A stretch of DNA of 63,911 nt, filler included, from Octopus bimaculoides (GCF_001194135.2; 5 parts of 5 records of this genome joined end to end with filler, not necessarily neighbours in it); one strand, 5' to 3'. Shown: positions 25,101 through 37,460, counted from the whole stretch's first letter. Program-made: numbers and translations. The notes: generated by a model from the sequence alone, not told the origin.

Positions 25101-26159
25101 GATAGGCAAAGACACAGACAGACAGATAGAGCCAGACTGAAATTATTGAAGTCGTGGGGATGATGTAATACCCTCATCATGGCTACAGGCCAATGACTGA
25201 AACCAATAAAAGAATAGAAAAGTGCAAAAAACAAATCAATTTAGTAAGATAAGACTGTACACAGTGCACTTCTGAAAGATCTAGTGGACATAAGTAATTT
25301 ATTTAACTTAATTACTCTCCAAACTAATAATCCATCACTCTGATTAATTGCCTGTTTTCTTGATCAATTGTCCATTACCTTGACACCTGGTTTTACATTG
25401 GGCCTAATTATCAATTTGTCAACAGTTAAGTACTCTAATTGTATCTTCTAAATGAAACGGAATGCTTTTGGCTACTAGACACAACCAGTGACTCAATTAA
25501 AAAAAAACCCTGGCTCATGGCACCCATCTGTTTCAGAACCCTTGAAAAGAGTGATAAGGTCATGATCATTGCCTTTGCTTTTTTGACTGAACCTTAAAAA
25601 AAAAAAAACACTCCATCTACCCACATGCACCCCACCACCTTCCAAAGAAAAACCATCGGTAATTTGTTTGTAGTTTATTGAATTGTAAATTTTTTTCAAT
25701 CCTTAAGTTGATATCTTGCTATATTTTAGCAACAGGAGAGTTGTTAGAGCATTGGATGAAATGTCTTGAAGTCTTTTTGGCTGGTTTCATTTTCAGTTCA
25801 AATCTAGCTGAGGTCAATCTTTCAGGATTGATTGAACAAAAGAAAAAAAGAAAAGCCCAATCCAGGACAATGGACTGGCAGAATCCTTAAAAAATCAAAT
25901 GAGATGCCCTGTAATATTTGTTCTAGCTCTTTGTGTTCTGAGTTCAAATCTTGCCGTGGCCTACATACATGGGTGGTAAACTTGATCCAACATTAACACC
26001 AGCAATAATCTTTGGATGTTTTTATTAAAGTCTACTTTGTTTCAAGCATTTGTACCAGGTCTCTGGTTTGAGAATAATTCCTTTCAGCCTTGTTCCTGCC
26101 AGTCTTGGAAACCATGTAATGTAGAGGTTCTCAAACCAGGTTATGTATGCCTCTGTTTT

Positions 26160-26480
26160 ACTTACATAAACCCTTTGCTTCCTATGGAACATAGACAAAC
26201 AACAATTTTCTCCTCTGTTCTCTATTCCGGGCTGTCTTTTCTGCTTCTTTCCAGCTAGATCCCTGCTTTTTCAACTCTGTCACAGTATCCCACCTCCAGC
26301 TATTTTCAGAGCATTCCCTCTTCTGCTTCTCATGTGGGTTCCAAGTTAGGGTCTGTTGTGTAATATAGGATGCTGGTTTTCTTTCAGATTTTGCTGTACC
26401 ACTTCATATGTTTCCCTGAAGGAAGCCTTCCTCTTCCAGGTCTTGTTGGTTCTGAATTGTCATTGGTGCTTCTGTAGTTT
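26160..26480 (-). mobile_element. RTE-type LINE 3' end
   Basis: TLTWNP...RRG..ENSWRW...ELKKQG.SWKEAEKTARNR-like C-terminus. Confidence 0.6.
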
Positions 26481-26739
26481 TGCTTTTTCTTTTTTAGGTA
26501 AGGCAGTTGGCCTCAGACAAACCCAATCTTACCTCTGGGAAGATGTGGATGGCATTACTCTGGCCTCTGTCCTTTGTCCTGCCTAGCATGAGAGGCCCTA
26601 TCAAGAGCTTGTACTCAACTAGCATAGCTCTCATGGTCATTGAGACATAAAAGCTACCACAATTACAAAAAGATATTGGTCTTGTGGTAGATGCATGTTC
26701 CTAGAGGTATACAACAAATATTTCAGTTGTATCTTATTT

Positions 26740-26948
26740 TTTTACTTGTTTCAGTCATTAAACTGTGGTCATGCTGGAGCAAATTTGGAGAATTTTTAAA
26801 TCAAAGAAATCAACCTCAGTACTAATTTTTTTTTAAGCCTGGTATTTATTCCATTGGTCTCTTTTGCCGAACCACCAAGTTATGGGGATGTAAAAACACC
26901 AGCACCAGTTGTCAAGCAATGGTGGGGGACAAGATTAGACACAGGTAG

Positions 26949-27001
<53 letters not shown>

Positions 27002-27135
27002 TGGCAGGTATCTTTCAGTTTCTGTCTACCATATCCACTCACAAAGCTTTGGTCAGCCTGAGACTATAATAGAAGACACTTGCCCAAGGTGTCATGCTGT
27101 GGGACAGAACTTGGAACCATGTGGTTGGGAAGTAA
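26740..27135 (-). mobile_element. SINE family C copy
   Basis: Full reverse-complement body with internal (CA)n. Confidence 0.8.
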
Positions 27136-28799
27136 GCTTCTTACCACACATGCACCTGAAATTTGTAAAACCACTAGAATTTCACAACATTCACATGAAC
27201 TACTTTCCAATGTTGCATTCTCAGAGTTAGTAAATAGTTTATAAATATGTTGTTAGCAAGTACTGACATCCAAATATAATAATTAATAACTAATAATACA
27301 TGGTCTATTTTTATGGTGTACCATGAAATGGTACCTGCTATTCTGTTTCATGCTGTTCAACCATCTTAGGTTCATGCTTTTCACAAGAGGTACATCAATA
27401 CTTCTGGATAAGACAAACAAGTACAGTTAGAAGAAACAGTTTGAGAAGCTTTGAAATAGAGTATCATGGAAACTACCTTTGATCTTAAGCAATAAAATAA
27501 AATAGTTGGGTTCAAAACAGAGAATGAAAATGTCATTTGAATTGCTGATCTTGTTCAATGTTCTTTGATTTACAGTTATCACTTTGGTAATTTGCTTAAG
27601 GAAAGCATAGTAAATCGTGATCTTGTACCAGTTTTTCAACTTGATTTAACTTGAATATTTTTCAGTCTTTTATAAAAAAAAAAAAATTGTTAAATATGCA
27701 AAATATTCAGTTCTTTATAATTCTGCTTGTATCTATGTCAATGCTATATTACAGTTTTTATCTATCTGTCTGCCTATCTATCTACCAACATCTACATATA
27801 TACACACACATGCATGCACATCTATGTCATACATGTGTGCGTATATATAAGTATGTGTATTTCTTTTTATATGTGTTTGTATCCATGAGTATGTTAATGT
27901 ACATGAATGTGTATACGTAGGTGGCTGTAACCAATAGCTGCAGAACAAAAGCTCTTTCTATAGTGACACAGAAATGGGTTAAACTTTTATTTACGACCAA
28001 GTTTGTTTGGTTTTGTGTAGTTTTACATAGTTGACATTACTCAGGATCTCTTCCTTATGTTGCCCACGCATGGGCTGGCCAGCCAAGAAATTGTGCTGTA
28101 ACTATTAACAGAACAAGGTGCCAAAACAGTTATTATTGTTGACATAGTCTCATTCTTTTCCCACTTTACTAGTTTCAGTTTCTGGTTTATAACTTGGCTA
28201 TGACTTCACCATCTTGGAAAGTTTCAGTCAATCATATTGACCCTACCATTTGTTTTTGTTAACTTAGTTTATCAATTTCTGTTTGTTAGACTGCTTTGTG
28301 GTTTATTCTGGTAAACAGAAGTATTCACATGGACACAGATGCATGCTGGCCAAAACTTCCAAGTCATTGTCAACAGCAAACATTCTTGCATAAGAATGAT
28401 AAATTTGTACTCCACAAAATATAGAATGACCCATTAGATTAATGTAAAATTGTTTATGTTAAAACTGAACATAAAAATAATATATATATATATATATATA
28501 NNNNNNNNNNNNNNNNNNNNNNNNNNNNNNNNNNNNNNNNNNNNTTAATTAATTAANNNNNNNNNNNNNNNNNNNNNNNNNNNNNNNNNNNNNNNNNNNN
28601 ATTTATAATCATAAATATATAGGGATTGACAGTAACCTGCTTCTCCAACATACTGAGAATTCAGAAATAGCAGTCAAAGAACTACTGATTTCAAAACTAC
28701 AAATTATTACTCCAGATTGATAGCGATATTTTTGATACACACAGAACAAAAAATATATATATTTTAATTATATATTTTAATATATATATATATATATAT

Positions 28800-29190
28800 G
28801 CAGGCATGGGTGTGTGATTAAAAGTTTATTTGAGCCATGTGGTTTTCGATTCAGTCCCACTGCTTGGCACCTGTGAGCGGATTTCGTAGATGGAAACTGA
28901 AAGAAGCCAGTCATGCATATATATATATATATGTGTGTGTTTTTCCTTATGCCATCACACAATAGTTGTAAATGAGTGGCGGTGTTCATTTTCAATCTTC
29001 CATGAACATAATAGCCTGCCTGGAAACAGGTGATGGTTGGCAGCAGAAAGGGCATGTGACCATAAAAACTTTCTTTAACAATTCCATCTGATCCATGCAA
29101 ATATGGAAAAGTGGATGTTAAAAGAGTGATGACACACACACACACACACATATATATCCATGCCAGCATAGAAAGAGATGTTAGATGATG
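28800..29190 (+). mobile_element. SINE family C head plus family B-type tail fragments
   Basis: gcatgggtgtgtgattaaaag...cagtcccactgc; ...ggaaaagtggatgttaa...gatgatgat. Confidence 0.6.
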
Positions 29191-29956
29191 ATGTTGATTA
29201 TAGAGGAAAAAAATTATACTGTGTGGTGTTTATATTCATCAATATTATCAATCTGAATTGAAATAGGTACAAGTGCAAACAGAAACCAGATCAGACCCAG
29301 CTCACCACTATCCAACACCACTCAACAGTTCTACGAAAGACAAATTACTGATATTTTGAAGAATTAAATTCAATTTTTTTCCTTTCATAACAGCAAAGAT
29401 TGATTAAAAAAAAGAAAATCTCAGTTAAATTCATGAATATCTGTAACTGAATTTTTAATGTAATAGTGTGTAGTCTATAAGATGGATCAAAACAAAATTG
29501 TCGCTGGAAAATGCACACACACAACTCTCAAAGTTCATCATCTTATCCATTTCACCACTAAACTTCTTCAAAGTTAAAGAAGAGCTTTCTGAAGGAATGG
29601 ATTAAGCCTCCTAAAATAGAAGAATTTCTAAATGTATGTTTACTGTAATTGCCTATCAATCAAATGATTCGAGTAATGAAAACTGCACCAAATATGTCAT
29701 AACAAGAGAAAATAATATGTAAAGTTTTTTATAAATCAAAAGATTAAGAAATTACATAACAGAAATTATATAGTTTACATAAATCTAGTTACTGGATCAA
29801 TGAAAAGAGGAAAATAAACACCCTACATAAAAAATATCATATCTTGTTTCATACAAAATACATATATTGTTATACTAGGGGATGGTCATATTTTGCCAAT
29901 TAAACACACATGTACTATAAATTTGGTCTTCACTTCAGCTTTATTATTATTATTAA

Positions 29957-30123
29957 TCAAAGCTCTTGTCACATCCGTTTACCTCTTCAGTGACTCTGTA
30001 TCCAACGTGTCTACTTGTGTCTTGCTTATTCCATTTAGACAAAATGGAATAAGCAGAACAAGGAGACACGTGGGATAAAGAATCACTGAAGAGGTCACAG
30101 GAAGTGTGATGAAAGAGCTTTGA
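29957..30123. repeat. Long imperfect inverted repeat (~80-bp arms, 5-nt loop)
   Basis: tcaaagctctt...acctcttcagtga...gcttattccattt | agaca | aaatggaataagc...tcactgaagaggt...aagagctttga. Confidence 0.9.
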
Positions 30124-30974
30124 CAAAGAAACTAAAATAATAATAAAGCTGAAGTAAAGACCAAACATAATGCAGGTGTTTAACTGGCAAAATATGACCA
30201 ACCCAAAATATAACACTATCCGTTTCAACACATGATTTCACATCAAGAATCTTGCAAAACAAATACATAAACATTAAAAAAATACATATTTTACATCTAT
30301 TCTAGCTGTATAGGACAGAGAATTTTTATTTTCCAGTTGCCCTTTTATCAGGTTTAGTACTAAATACAAATAAAGACTAAAGTACACTTTAAAATGAGAG
30401 AAAAGTTCAAAAATAGACTCTTGTAAAATTTGCATGTTATTTTGATTAGAACAGAGTTAATTTGTTTTTTAGATATTTTTTTTTTTTATAATGTACAAAT
30501 TCTTAGACTAACATTTCTTGCATTTTTAAGAAAATATAACAAAAGCTTAAAACAATGACTAAATATCTGAGGTAAGTTGTTAATAAGATTATCCTTTTCC
30601 ATGGCTTTGAACTCCATTCAACATAAGATATTCCTAATTCAAATCTGATCTGAGATCATGTATACAACCATAAATAAAAAACCTGACAACTGAAAATCAA
30701 ACTGATAGTGTGTGTGTGTGTGTGTGTTGTAAATATACACATTAAATATGAAGTTAATAGTTTGGAAAACTATAATCTTATTAAAATTTCAATTTTTGAA
30801 TTTATCTTTAAGTGAGACAATTATATTACAAACAAGACTACATCCAATATTTTTAAACAATGATGAAAGAAAACTATTTTTTGTTTTTAATTTTTTTTAC
30901 TATTTTATATTTATTATTAAATTGGAATGAAAAATGATGTAATGGTTTCTTTTTAAAAAAAAAAGTTCCATTAG

Positions 30975-32852
30975 TTATTTTTTCCGCTGGGCAGCTATAT
31001 TGCTAAGTAATCTATTTCCAAACAAGAATGTGGGGATAGAGAGCAATCCAACATATTTCAAGGTTTGGAACATATTAAGGGATTTCCAATAAAGAGAATA
31101 ACAACCAAAGATACCGGCCAAGCATACATGAAAGCCAATAGCACTTACAGACATAGGGAAGTTGGAGATATTCACTCCAATTTTACCCCAAAGAATAAAG
31201 AGGATAAACATAGGAAGAACAACAAGAGCAGTGAAGATAAAAGAAACTAATTTAGGTGGTCGTTTCTCAGGCCGTTTAAATTCATGGTGAATGGTTGGTT
31301 TGGGAGAATATTGATTTACTGGTGCTTTACTTGGAACTGTTGTTTCGGGGAAAGTTAAAACTGTGTCTGCTAAGTACCAAGAAAATGGATTTTCAATCAC
31401 AGCATCTCCAATAATAAGTTCCATGGAATAACGTCCAGATAGAGAGCCAAAGTCTTTAGCGCCACTACCAACATCTAAGTCAAATTTATTGGTCATGGAA
31501 TTATCTGCTTCGGTCACAAAGATTATTTCTTGTTTGGTCTTGAGATTGGTAAGTCTAACAAAAGCTTGATGGGCAGTCATTAGTTGACCATTACTTTTAT
31601 CCTTCAGTTGAAATTTCATAAGAATCTTTTGGTGATAATCTGCTACGAGAGGATTGGCAGCCTTGTTAGGATATTGAAGTTTTGTTGTTCTTGTCGCAGT
31701 TGTTTGATCTTTGTCTGCAACTCCAATTTCAATGTTTTCCAAACTTACATGAGTGGTCACTTTCACTTGAACCTCAGCTCCAGTTATGCCGATGAAACGT
31801 TTGTCTGGTTTAGTTGGTGCGGCGCTAACTATGATTTTGTAAAAACCACGCGTTGGTTTGTTTTGTAGGAAATTCAATTCATACAAAGCTTTATCACTTG
31901 TAGGAGAGAATGGTTTTTTGCTCAAGACAACAGCATCATCCGAAATATGACGAGCTGATTCAGCTGTTACACTCAGTTTTCCAATAGCAGCACCCATCAA
32001 ATTGGTAACACGAACTTGAACCTGGGGAGATATCGGGCTCACAGCTACTGAACTGGCACGGGTGATAGCGATGGGTACATGGAATGAATTCACAGTTAGA
32101 GTTTTTATAACACACAATAAATGGCAAGCGCTTTTTAGTTGGTGTACATGCTTGCGACTTAAGAAGTAGTTGGTTAACTTTATAACTTTATCTTCTGAAA
32201 TAGCAGGAGCTTTATTCATTTTCTCAGCTAATTTATATGCACCATCAACAACCAAAGACGTTACATACAGTCCTCCTTCGAACTGTAAGTATTTTTCATC
32301 AACTTCATCAGCCTGTGCAATTATATCTTCGATGCTATCGTAAAATTTAGAAACATCCGCGCTAAGTTCAGTGGCCATTATGAAGGCGTAGCCATGGCTT
32401 GCCGGTGAATCGTCCTTTTTCAAAGATTCAGTTAGTGCTGCAAGTACAGCACTTTCATCAAATGGAATTCCAGAATTTTTCAAGGCATAAAAAGCATGGA
32501 ATATATCCAGAACAGGAGATTCTGGTTTAATTGCATTAGTAAGAAGAGTTTTGCCGACGTCAATCTTAACCTTACAGGTTTTTAGGAGTTTCGCAGCGGA
32601 GGAGACGTGGTACATGGAAGCAATGCTAGACGTATCAGCTTTAAGACTGTTGCAGATTTCTTCAGGATTTGTCGGGGTTTCTCCTAGTAAAAAGTAACCG
32701 GCCAGAGAATAGTGAGTATTTTGAACATCTTTGCTAGTTAAAGCTGCTTCAAATACAGATTTGAAACGAGCGAGATCAAGAGTCGTAAGATACGACGACG
32801 GTGTTAAGGCTAAACAAGCCGTAAACAAAGCAAAAATGCAAAGTGTCCGCAT
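30975..32852 (-). CDS. RPN2: Ribophorin II (dolichyl-diphosphooligosaccharide-protein glycosyltransferase subunit 2), single exon, 625 aa
   Basis: Uninterrupted ORF. First ATG is at 32852 (the track start at 32924 is GTG). Signal peptide MRTLCIFALFTACLA-LTP; recognisable motifs QADEVDEKYLQFEGGL, HQAFVRL...QEIIFV, YSMELIIGDA, PKPTIHHEFKRPEKRPP; three C-terminal hydrophobic segments; basic tail AAQRKK. Confidence 0.95.
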   Translation of the reverse strand: MRTLCIFALFTACLALTPSSYLTTLDLARFKSVFEAALTSKDVQNTHYSLAGYFLLGETPTNPEEICNSLKADTSSIASMYHVSSAAKLLKTCKVKIDVGKTLLTNAIKPESPVLDIFHAFYALKNSGIPFDESAVLAALTESLKKDDSPASHGYAFIMATELSADVSKFYDSIEDIIAQADEVDEKYLQFEGGLYVTSLVVDGAYKLAEKMNKAPAISEDKVIKLTNYFLSRKHVHQLKSACHLLCVIKTLTVNSFHVPIAITRASSVAVSPISPQVQVRVTNLMGAAIGKLSVTAESARHISDDAVVLSKKPFSPTSDKALYELNFLQNKPTRGFYKIIVSAAPTKPDKRFIGITGAEVQVKVTTHVSLENIEIGVADKDQTTATRTTKLQYPNKAANPLVADYHQKILMKFQLKDKSNGQLMTAHQAFVRLTNLKTKQEIIFVTEADNSMTNKFDLDVGSGAKDFGSLSGRYSMELIIGDAVIENPFSWYLADTVLTFPETTVPSKAPVNQYSPKPTIHHEFKRPEKRPPKLVSFIFTALVVLPMFILFILWGKIGVNISNFPMSVSAIGFHVCLAGIFGCYSLYWKSLNMFQTLKYVGLLSIPTFLFGNRLLSNIAAQRKK

Positions 32853-33520
32853 TGTTAAATATTTCAGAGAGTCGGTAACATAGATAATAGAGACAGAAAA
32901 GATATGATAAAGAATTGTTTTCACTATACCCGAAAGAGCGACAACAGCCTTTCTCTCTGTAGTTGCAATCTGTGTTGCCTTGAACGTGGCACTCTACCGT
33001 TCGTTAGCTGAAGAGAATGAGGAAAATATTTTCCCCCTATCAGTTCTGTTTTGACACGCGAATAATAGCGAATTTCATATAAATAAAAAATACTTTTAAT
33101 TTCTAAAATTACTCCATTAATCTTAATGATAAGTGAATAATAAAATAAAATATTTTTCATCAATAACTGCGGAACAGTTTATGGAATAATAGGTATTCTC
33201 TTATTTCCGGTTCAGTAAAGTTCGAAGTTTAACTGTCCGTTTTCATTTTTATTTAATTATGTTGAATCTTTTCTATTTTATTTTGGTTTCTTTGAGTTCA
33301 AAAATAGATATAAATAAAATATCGCGTGAATATTAAAAGGCATGACTATATATTTTCCTGCAAGTTACAAATTGTATATACATCTTTCGGCGAAGGGGAA
33401 GTATACGCACGCCCGGTGTTTAGGGTTAGGCCGAAAACTGGTGTTGTGCGTATTCTTTACCTCAGCTCACTTTTCTTGTATACAAGTTGCCACGAGGCAA
33501 TTTGAAATTTTAATATAAAC
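32853..33520 (-). promoter_or_regulatory. Probable RPN2 5'UTR/promoter region
   Basis: Local CpG enrichment (cgcg, cgcacgcccgg, tcggcg) immediately upstream of the ATG in otherwise CpG-poor DNA. TSS not determinable. Confidence 0.5.
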
Positions 33521-33649
33521 TCTTTATTTTAATAAACAGAGTTCTTTATTCCCGAAAAATGATACATTCATAGATAATATGAGAAGACTTTCTCCGTCCC
33601 CAACCCATTTTCTCGCAAATTATTATTATTATTTTTTTTTTTTTGCCAA

Positions 33650-34007
33650 AAACCCACGTTTTCGGATATGGAGATTCCTGAAAATTGCCAAAAATCTGAA
33701 TTTTGAAATGTTTCCGCCCCCACTGCTCCTCCCCCACAATTCTTCGTTTTTTCATTTTTATCAGTAAATCTAACACTAAAACCCAGCCCTAATCCTAACC
33801 TTAAAACCCTAACCCTAAACCCCTAACCCTAAAACCTTAACCCAAAAAATTTTTGGTAATTTTTTCAGAATTATAATCTCTGTATTTTTTTGCATATTCT
33901 GAAAAAAGTTGAAAATGAAGAATTTAGAGGTGGGAGTAATTTTAAAATGCCGATTTTTGCCAATTTTTTGGCAGATTCGTATTCTCCGTAGGTGAAAACA
34001 GGGGTTT
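33650..34007. mobile_element. Inverted-repeat element with telomere-like (CCCTAA) core
   Basis: ~115-bp imperfect arms (aaacccacgttttc... / ...gaaaacaggggttt) around degenerate ccctaa repeats at ~33770-33845. Confidence 0.6.
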
Positions 34008-36596
34008 GTGTAGAAAAAAATTTTTTTTAAAGGGGGTGTTTTTTGAGGGGGTACAAAAGGAAGTTTTGCCGATAATATTAATTTTTAATTTACAGATTCG
34101 ATTTTTTTTCATTTTTAGATAGAAAATAGATTACATAGAAAAGACACACTAGAAGTTAATAGTTCATAACTTGATTAAGGCAGCATTTTTCTGTGACCCA
34201 CGTCCTAACTTTCAACAGTCAAGTTCACTTAGAAGGTTCTCTCAACTGTAAGTGTTGCGGAATAGATAAGTAACTTACTTTTGAAAGTCTACCTGCAATG
34301 GACTAGCATTCCATCCAAAGAGAGAACAGAATGGACTAAGCGGAGCAGGAGCACACATGAGGACAGAGATGTTTTTATCTGCTTCTACCATAAAACCTAG
34401 GGATAAGCACTGACACTTCAGATCCTTTCTATTTAGAAATGGGTTCTGGATTAAGTTTAGCTAAGTCAGGTGTTGAATTGGTTAAAGAAGGGACTCTATA
34501 ATCAAGACAACTTTTGCTAGAGCACTACTTCTAGCTCTATCTGTAAGAACAAGTGCTGGCATGCTTCATTAGGTTCCTTTGAACCTTGTGTGCAACCAAT
34601 TGAGACACTTAGTCTTGAATTGATGTGTTTTTCTTTCTTTCTTCTTCTTTTCCAATTTTTTTTCTTCCGGATATATTTTTAATGTGATTTTGTATTATAT
34701 ATGTATCATATACATACGTCTTATATTACAATAAAAATTCCGGGCTAAAAAAAAACAAACAAAAAAGAACAAGTATAAATTACTGTTGTGAGTAGCTAGA
34801 GTATTTGCTGTGTAGTAAATTGTTTGGCTGGCAGCAGTATTTCAAATTCTAATGTCTTGAGTGGGTAATATGAAACCATTTCTCACCACGTCTAAACACT
34901 CTCGCCTGAAAAAAAAAAGTATCTTTGACAGAATAAAATAGTTGAGAAAAAGGATTATAAATTAGACTTAGCCTTAATACATTATTTTCCCACAAATTTT
35001 ATCATCTAAACCTAAACTCTTACACCTAGGTCTACCTCAGTCTTTTGAACTATTATTATCTGGTAACAATGTTTTTGTACACATCATTCATAATTTATTC
35101 ACTCACATAACCATACCAGCATAAATATCTCTTTTGTGCATATTGACAAGTGTTTCTGATTCCTGATTATTTCTGAACTATCCCCAGCCTATCTTTAAGG
35201 CTCACATTGAACGTACATCAATTTGTAAAATTCTGCAGATTCTGCTTCTTTTGTGATTGCCGTAGCTTATAGTTCACATATCTATGAATTGCCAAGTGAA
35301 AAACTAAGTAAACCCAAAGCAATTTTCTTACTCCATATCAAAATTTTCTCTTGACTGAATAAGCAATGAAAACTATTATTCTTTGTGAAGAGAAAGTGAT
35401 TGAATATAGAACTATGGAGCACACTCGTCAGAAACAATATGAACATAGTATTCCTGACTTTGCTTTCAGTATTTTCCTTTCATCATAATCTTAAAAACAT
35501 CTCTTATATGCTATTTCAGTGTTCTTTAAGTCAGAATCTGAAACCCTATTAAAGATCTAAGAATAGTTTGTTATTTGTCAAATATATTTCATGCAGCTGT
35601 CTCATAGAAATATGGCACCCGTAGATCCATATTGATAGTCACATGAACTGTATCAATTCTAATTCTATCTGCTTATCTTCTTCAGCGATCCATTGTAGGT
35701 CAACTTTGACTGTTCTTGTTCAGCAATCATCTCTAGCAGGCTTGCATGTGGGCTACAAGGCCTGCTCTTTATCTGCAGCAGCAATGACAACTGCTGCAGG
35801 TGAAGCTACTTGACACAACAGAGAAGTGACGCCTCTCATGTGCTCTTTCCTATTCTGTTATTTCTCCTCAATGGCTGAATGTGCTGACACCTTCTAAGTG
35901 TCAGCACATCCCTGTATTGCAACCTCTGGGCACCACAGCTCCACCTACCCTCAATGTTTCTCTTCAATGACTGGAGTTATGAGCTTCAGCGATCAGTATC
36001 ATTCATCATGCTGCAGGGCCTTCACTTCCTAGGTGTCAGCACATCCTTGTATCATAGAACATGGTTTCTATGAGTTCAAAAATAGATATAAATAAAATAT
36101 CATGTGAATATTAAAAGGCGTGGCTATATATTTTCCTCAATATTGCTAGCCACAAGCACTGAGTTATCTGTGTAGAGCATCTCTCTGACACACACTTCCA
36201 TGATTTTTGGTGGTGGCACGAAGATAGGCCGAGTTGAAGGGATTCTCATCTGTTCTGGTGCAGATGAAAATTTTATACTGCCGAAAGTCATGAGTATTTT
36301 TCTTCCACTAATGACAAAACTCTATAATTTTCCTTTATATTTCAAACATTTTGTGGAGATAACCTATGGCAATTATTCTGCTCTCAGCATCAAGCAATCT
36401 GTCGCTGTGCTCATCCAAATCAATTATATTGATCCAAATATTTAGTGTATTGATTATTTTATCAATCTCAATAGATGCAAAAGGCATAAAGGATAATAAC
36501 TCCTTTGCTTGGCGACTGAAATCTGTTCAACTTACCAGTTTTTTCCACTTCATGATGATAAAAATACAAATAGATAAATAGATAGATGTACAAACG

Positions 36597-36629
<33 letters not shown>

Positions 36630-37214
36630 TACTGAATGCCTTTTGTAGAGTTTATATTTATTTGCAGTAACAGTTTTTCTTTGAATTGTATCACTAGAAG
36701 TTTCAGAGTGATGAGAAAAACAATTTGGAGAGGCAGAAACTTCATTCCACTGTCACAATTGAGGCTCTCTTCTGGTTAATTAATCTTAGCTGTATATTCC
36801 ACATATACCAACAGACTACTGCTTTGTTTTTTTCAGAACTGAGCTGTCATCCTTCTGCTACAATGAGACTTAGTTATTAACTATTAATACTTTCTATAAA
36901 CTTTACTGAAACTCTAAATGCTCTTCTGCCCACAATACTGAAGTTGCTTATTACATAGGCAGAGTCAGAGCTACTGATCCCATTATAATTAGTAGCAATC
37001 TCATCCAGTAGCAGCTAACAGCTCCTAATTCTATCATGTGACCTGAACTAGTCAATGACACTGAGACTTGATCCTCATCTAATAACAACTAGTCTGATTT
37101 TGAAGTTACAATAGACTTGTCATTCTGAGCCAACTATCAAAATGATCCAGAATTGTTCTCATTCCTGTAAAACTTTTGATAGGTGATTCTGAGCCAGTCT
37201 GTTAATAAATAAAT

Positions 37215-37460
37215 ATGTGGTTGGCGTTAGGAAGGGCATCCAGCTGTAGAAACTCTGCCAGATCAGATTGGAGCTTGGTGCAGCCTTTTGGCTTGCCACT
37301 CCTCAGTCAAATCATCCAACCCATGCTAGCATGGAAGCGGACGTTAAACAATGATGATGATGATGAAATGCACCTGTACCAGTGGCACGTAAAAAGCACC
37401 TAGCACACTCTGTAAATTCGTTGGTGTTAAGAAGGGCATCCAGTTGTAGAAACCATGCCA
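37215..37460 (+). mobile_element. SINE family B 3' fragment(s)
   Basis: ggttggcgttaggaagggcatccagctgtagaaactctgcc...ggaagcggacgttaaacaatgatgatgatg. Confidence 0.8.

Noticed and set aside
28545-28556. TTAATTAATTAA islands inside N runs (also ~44624, ~56097, ~62747)
   Set aside because: An identical 12-mer that gives stops in all six frames and is always flanked by Ns: a scaffolding spacer, not biology.
30083-30125. ctgaaga...gaaag hammerhead-like arrangement
   Set aside because: Stem II has an unpaired extra base, stem I is only 3 bp, and the segment is explained as one arm of the larger hairpin.
32853-32924. 24-codon N-terminal extension of the RPN2 ORF in the track
   Set aside because: It starts at GTG; the ATG at 32852 gives a clean signal peptide.
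33770-33845. CCCTAA repeats as a true telomere or fusion site
   Set aside because: Short, degenerate and enclosed in inverted arms; better explained as internal to an element.
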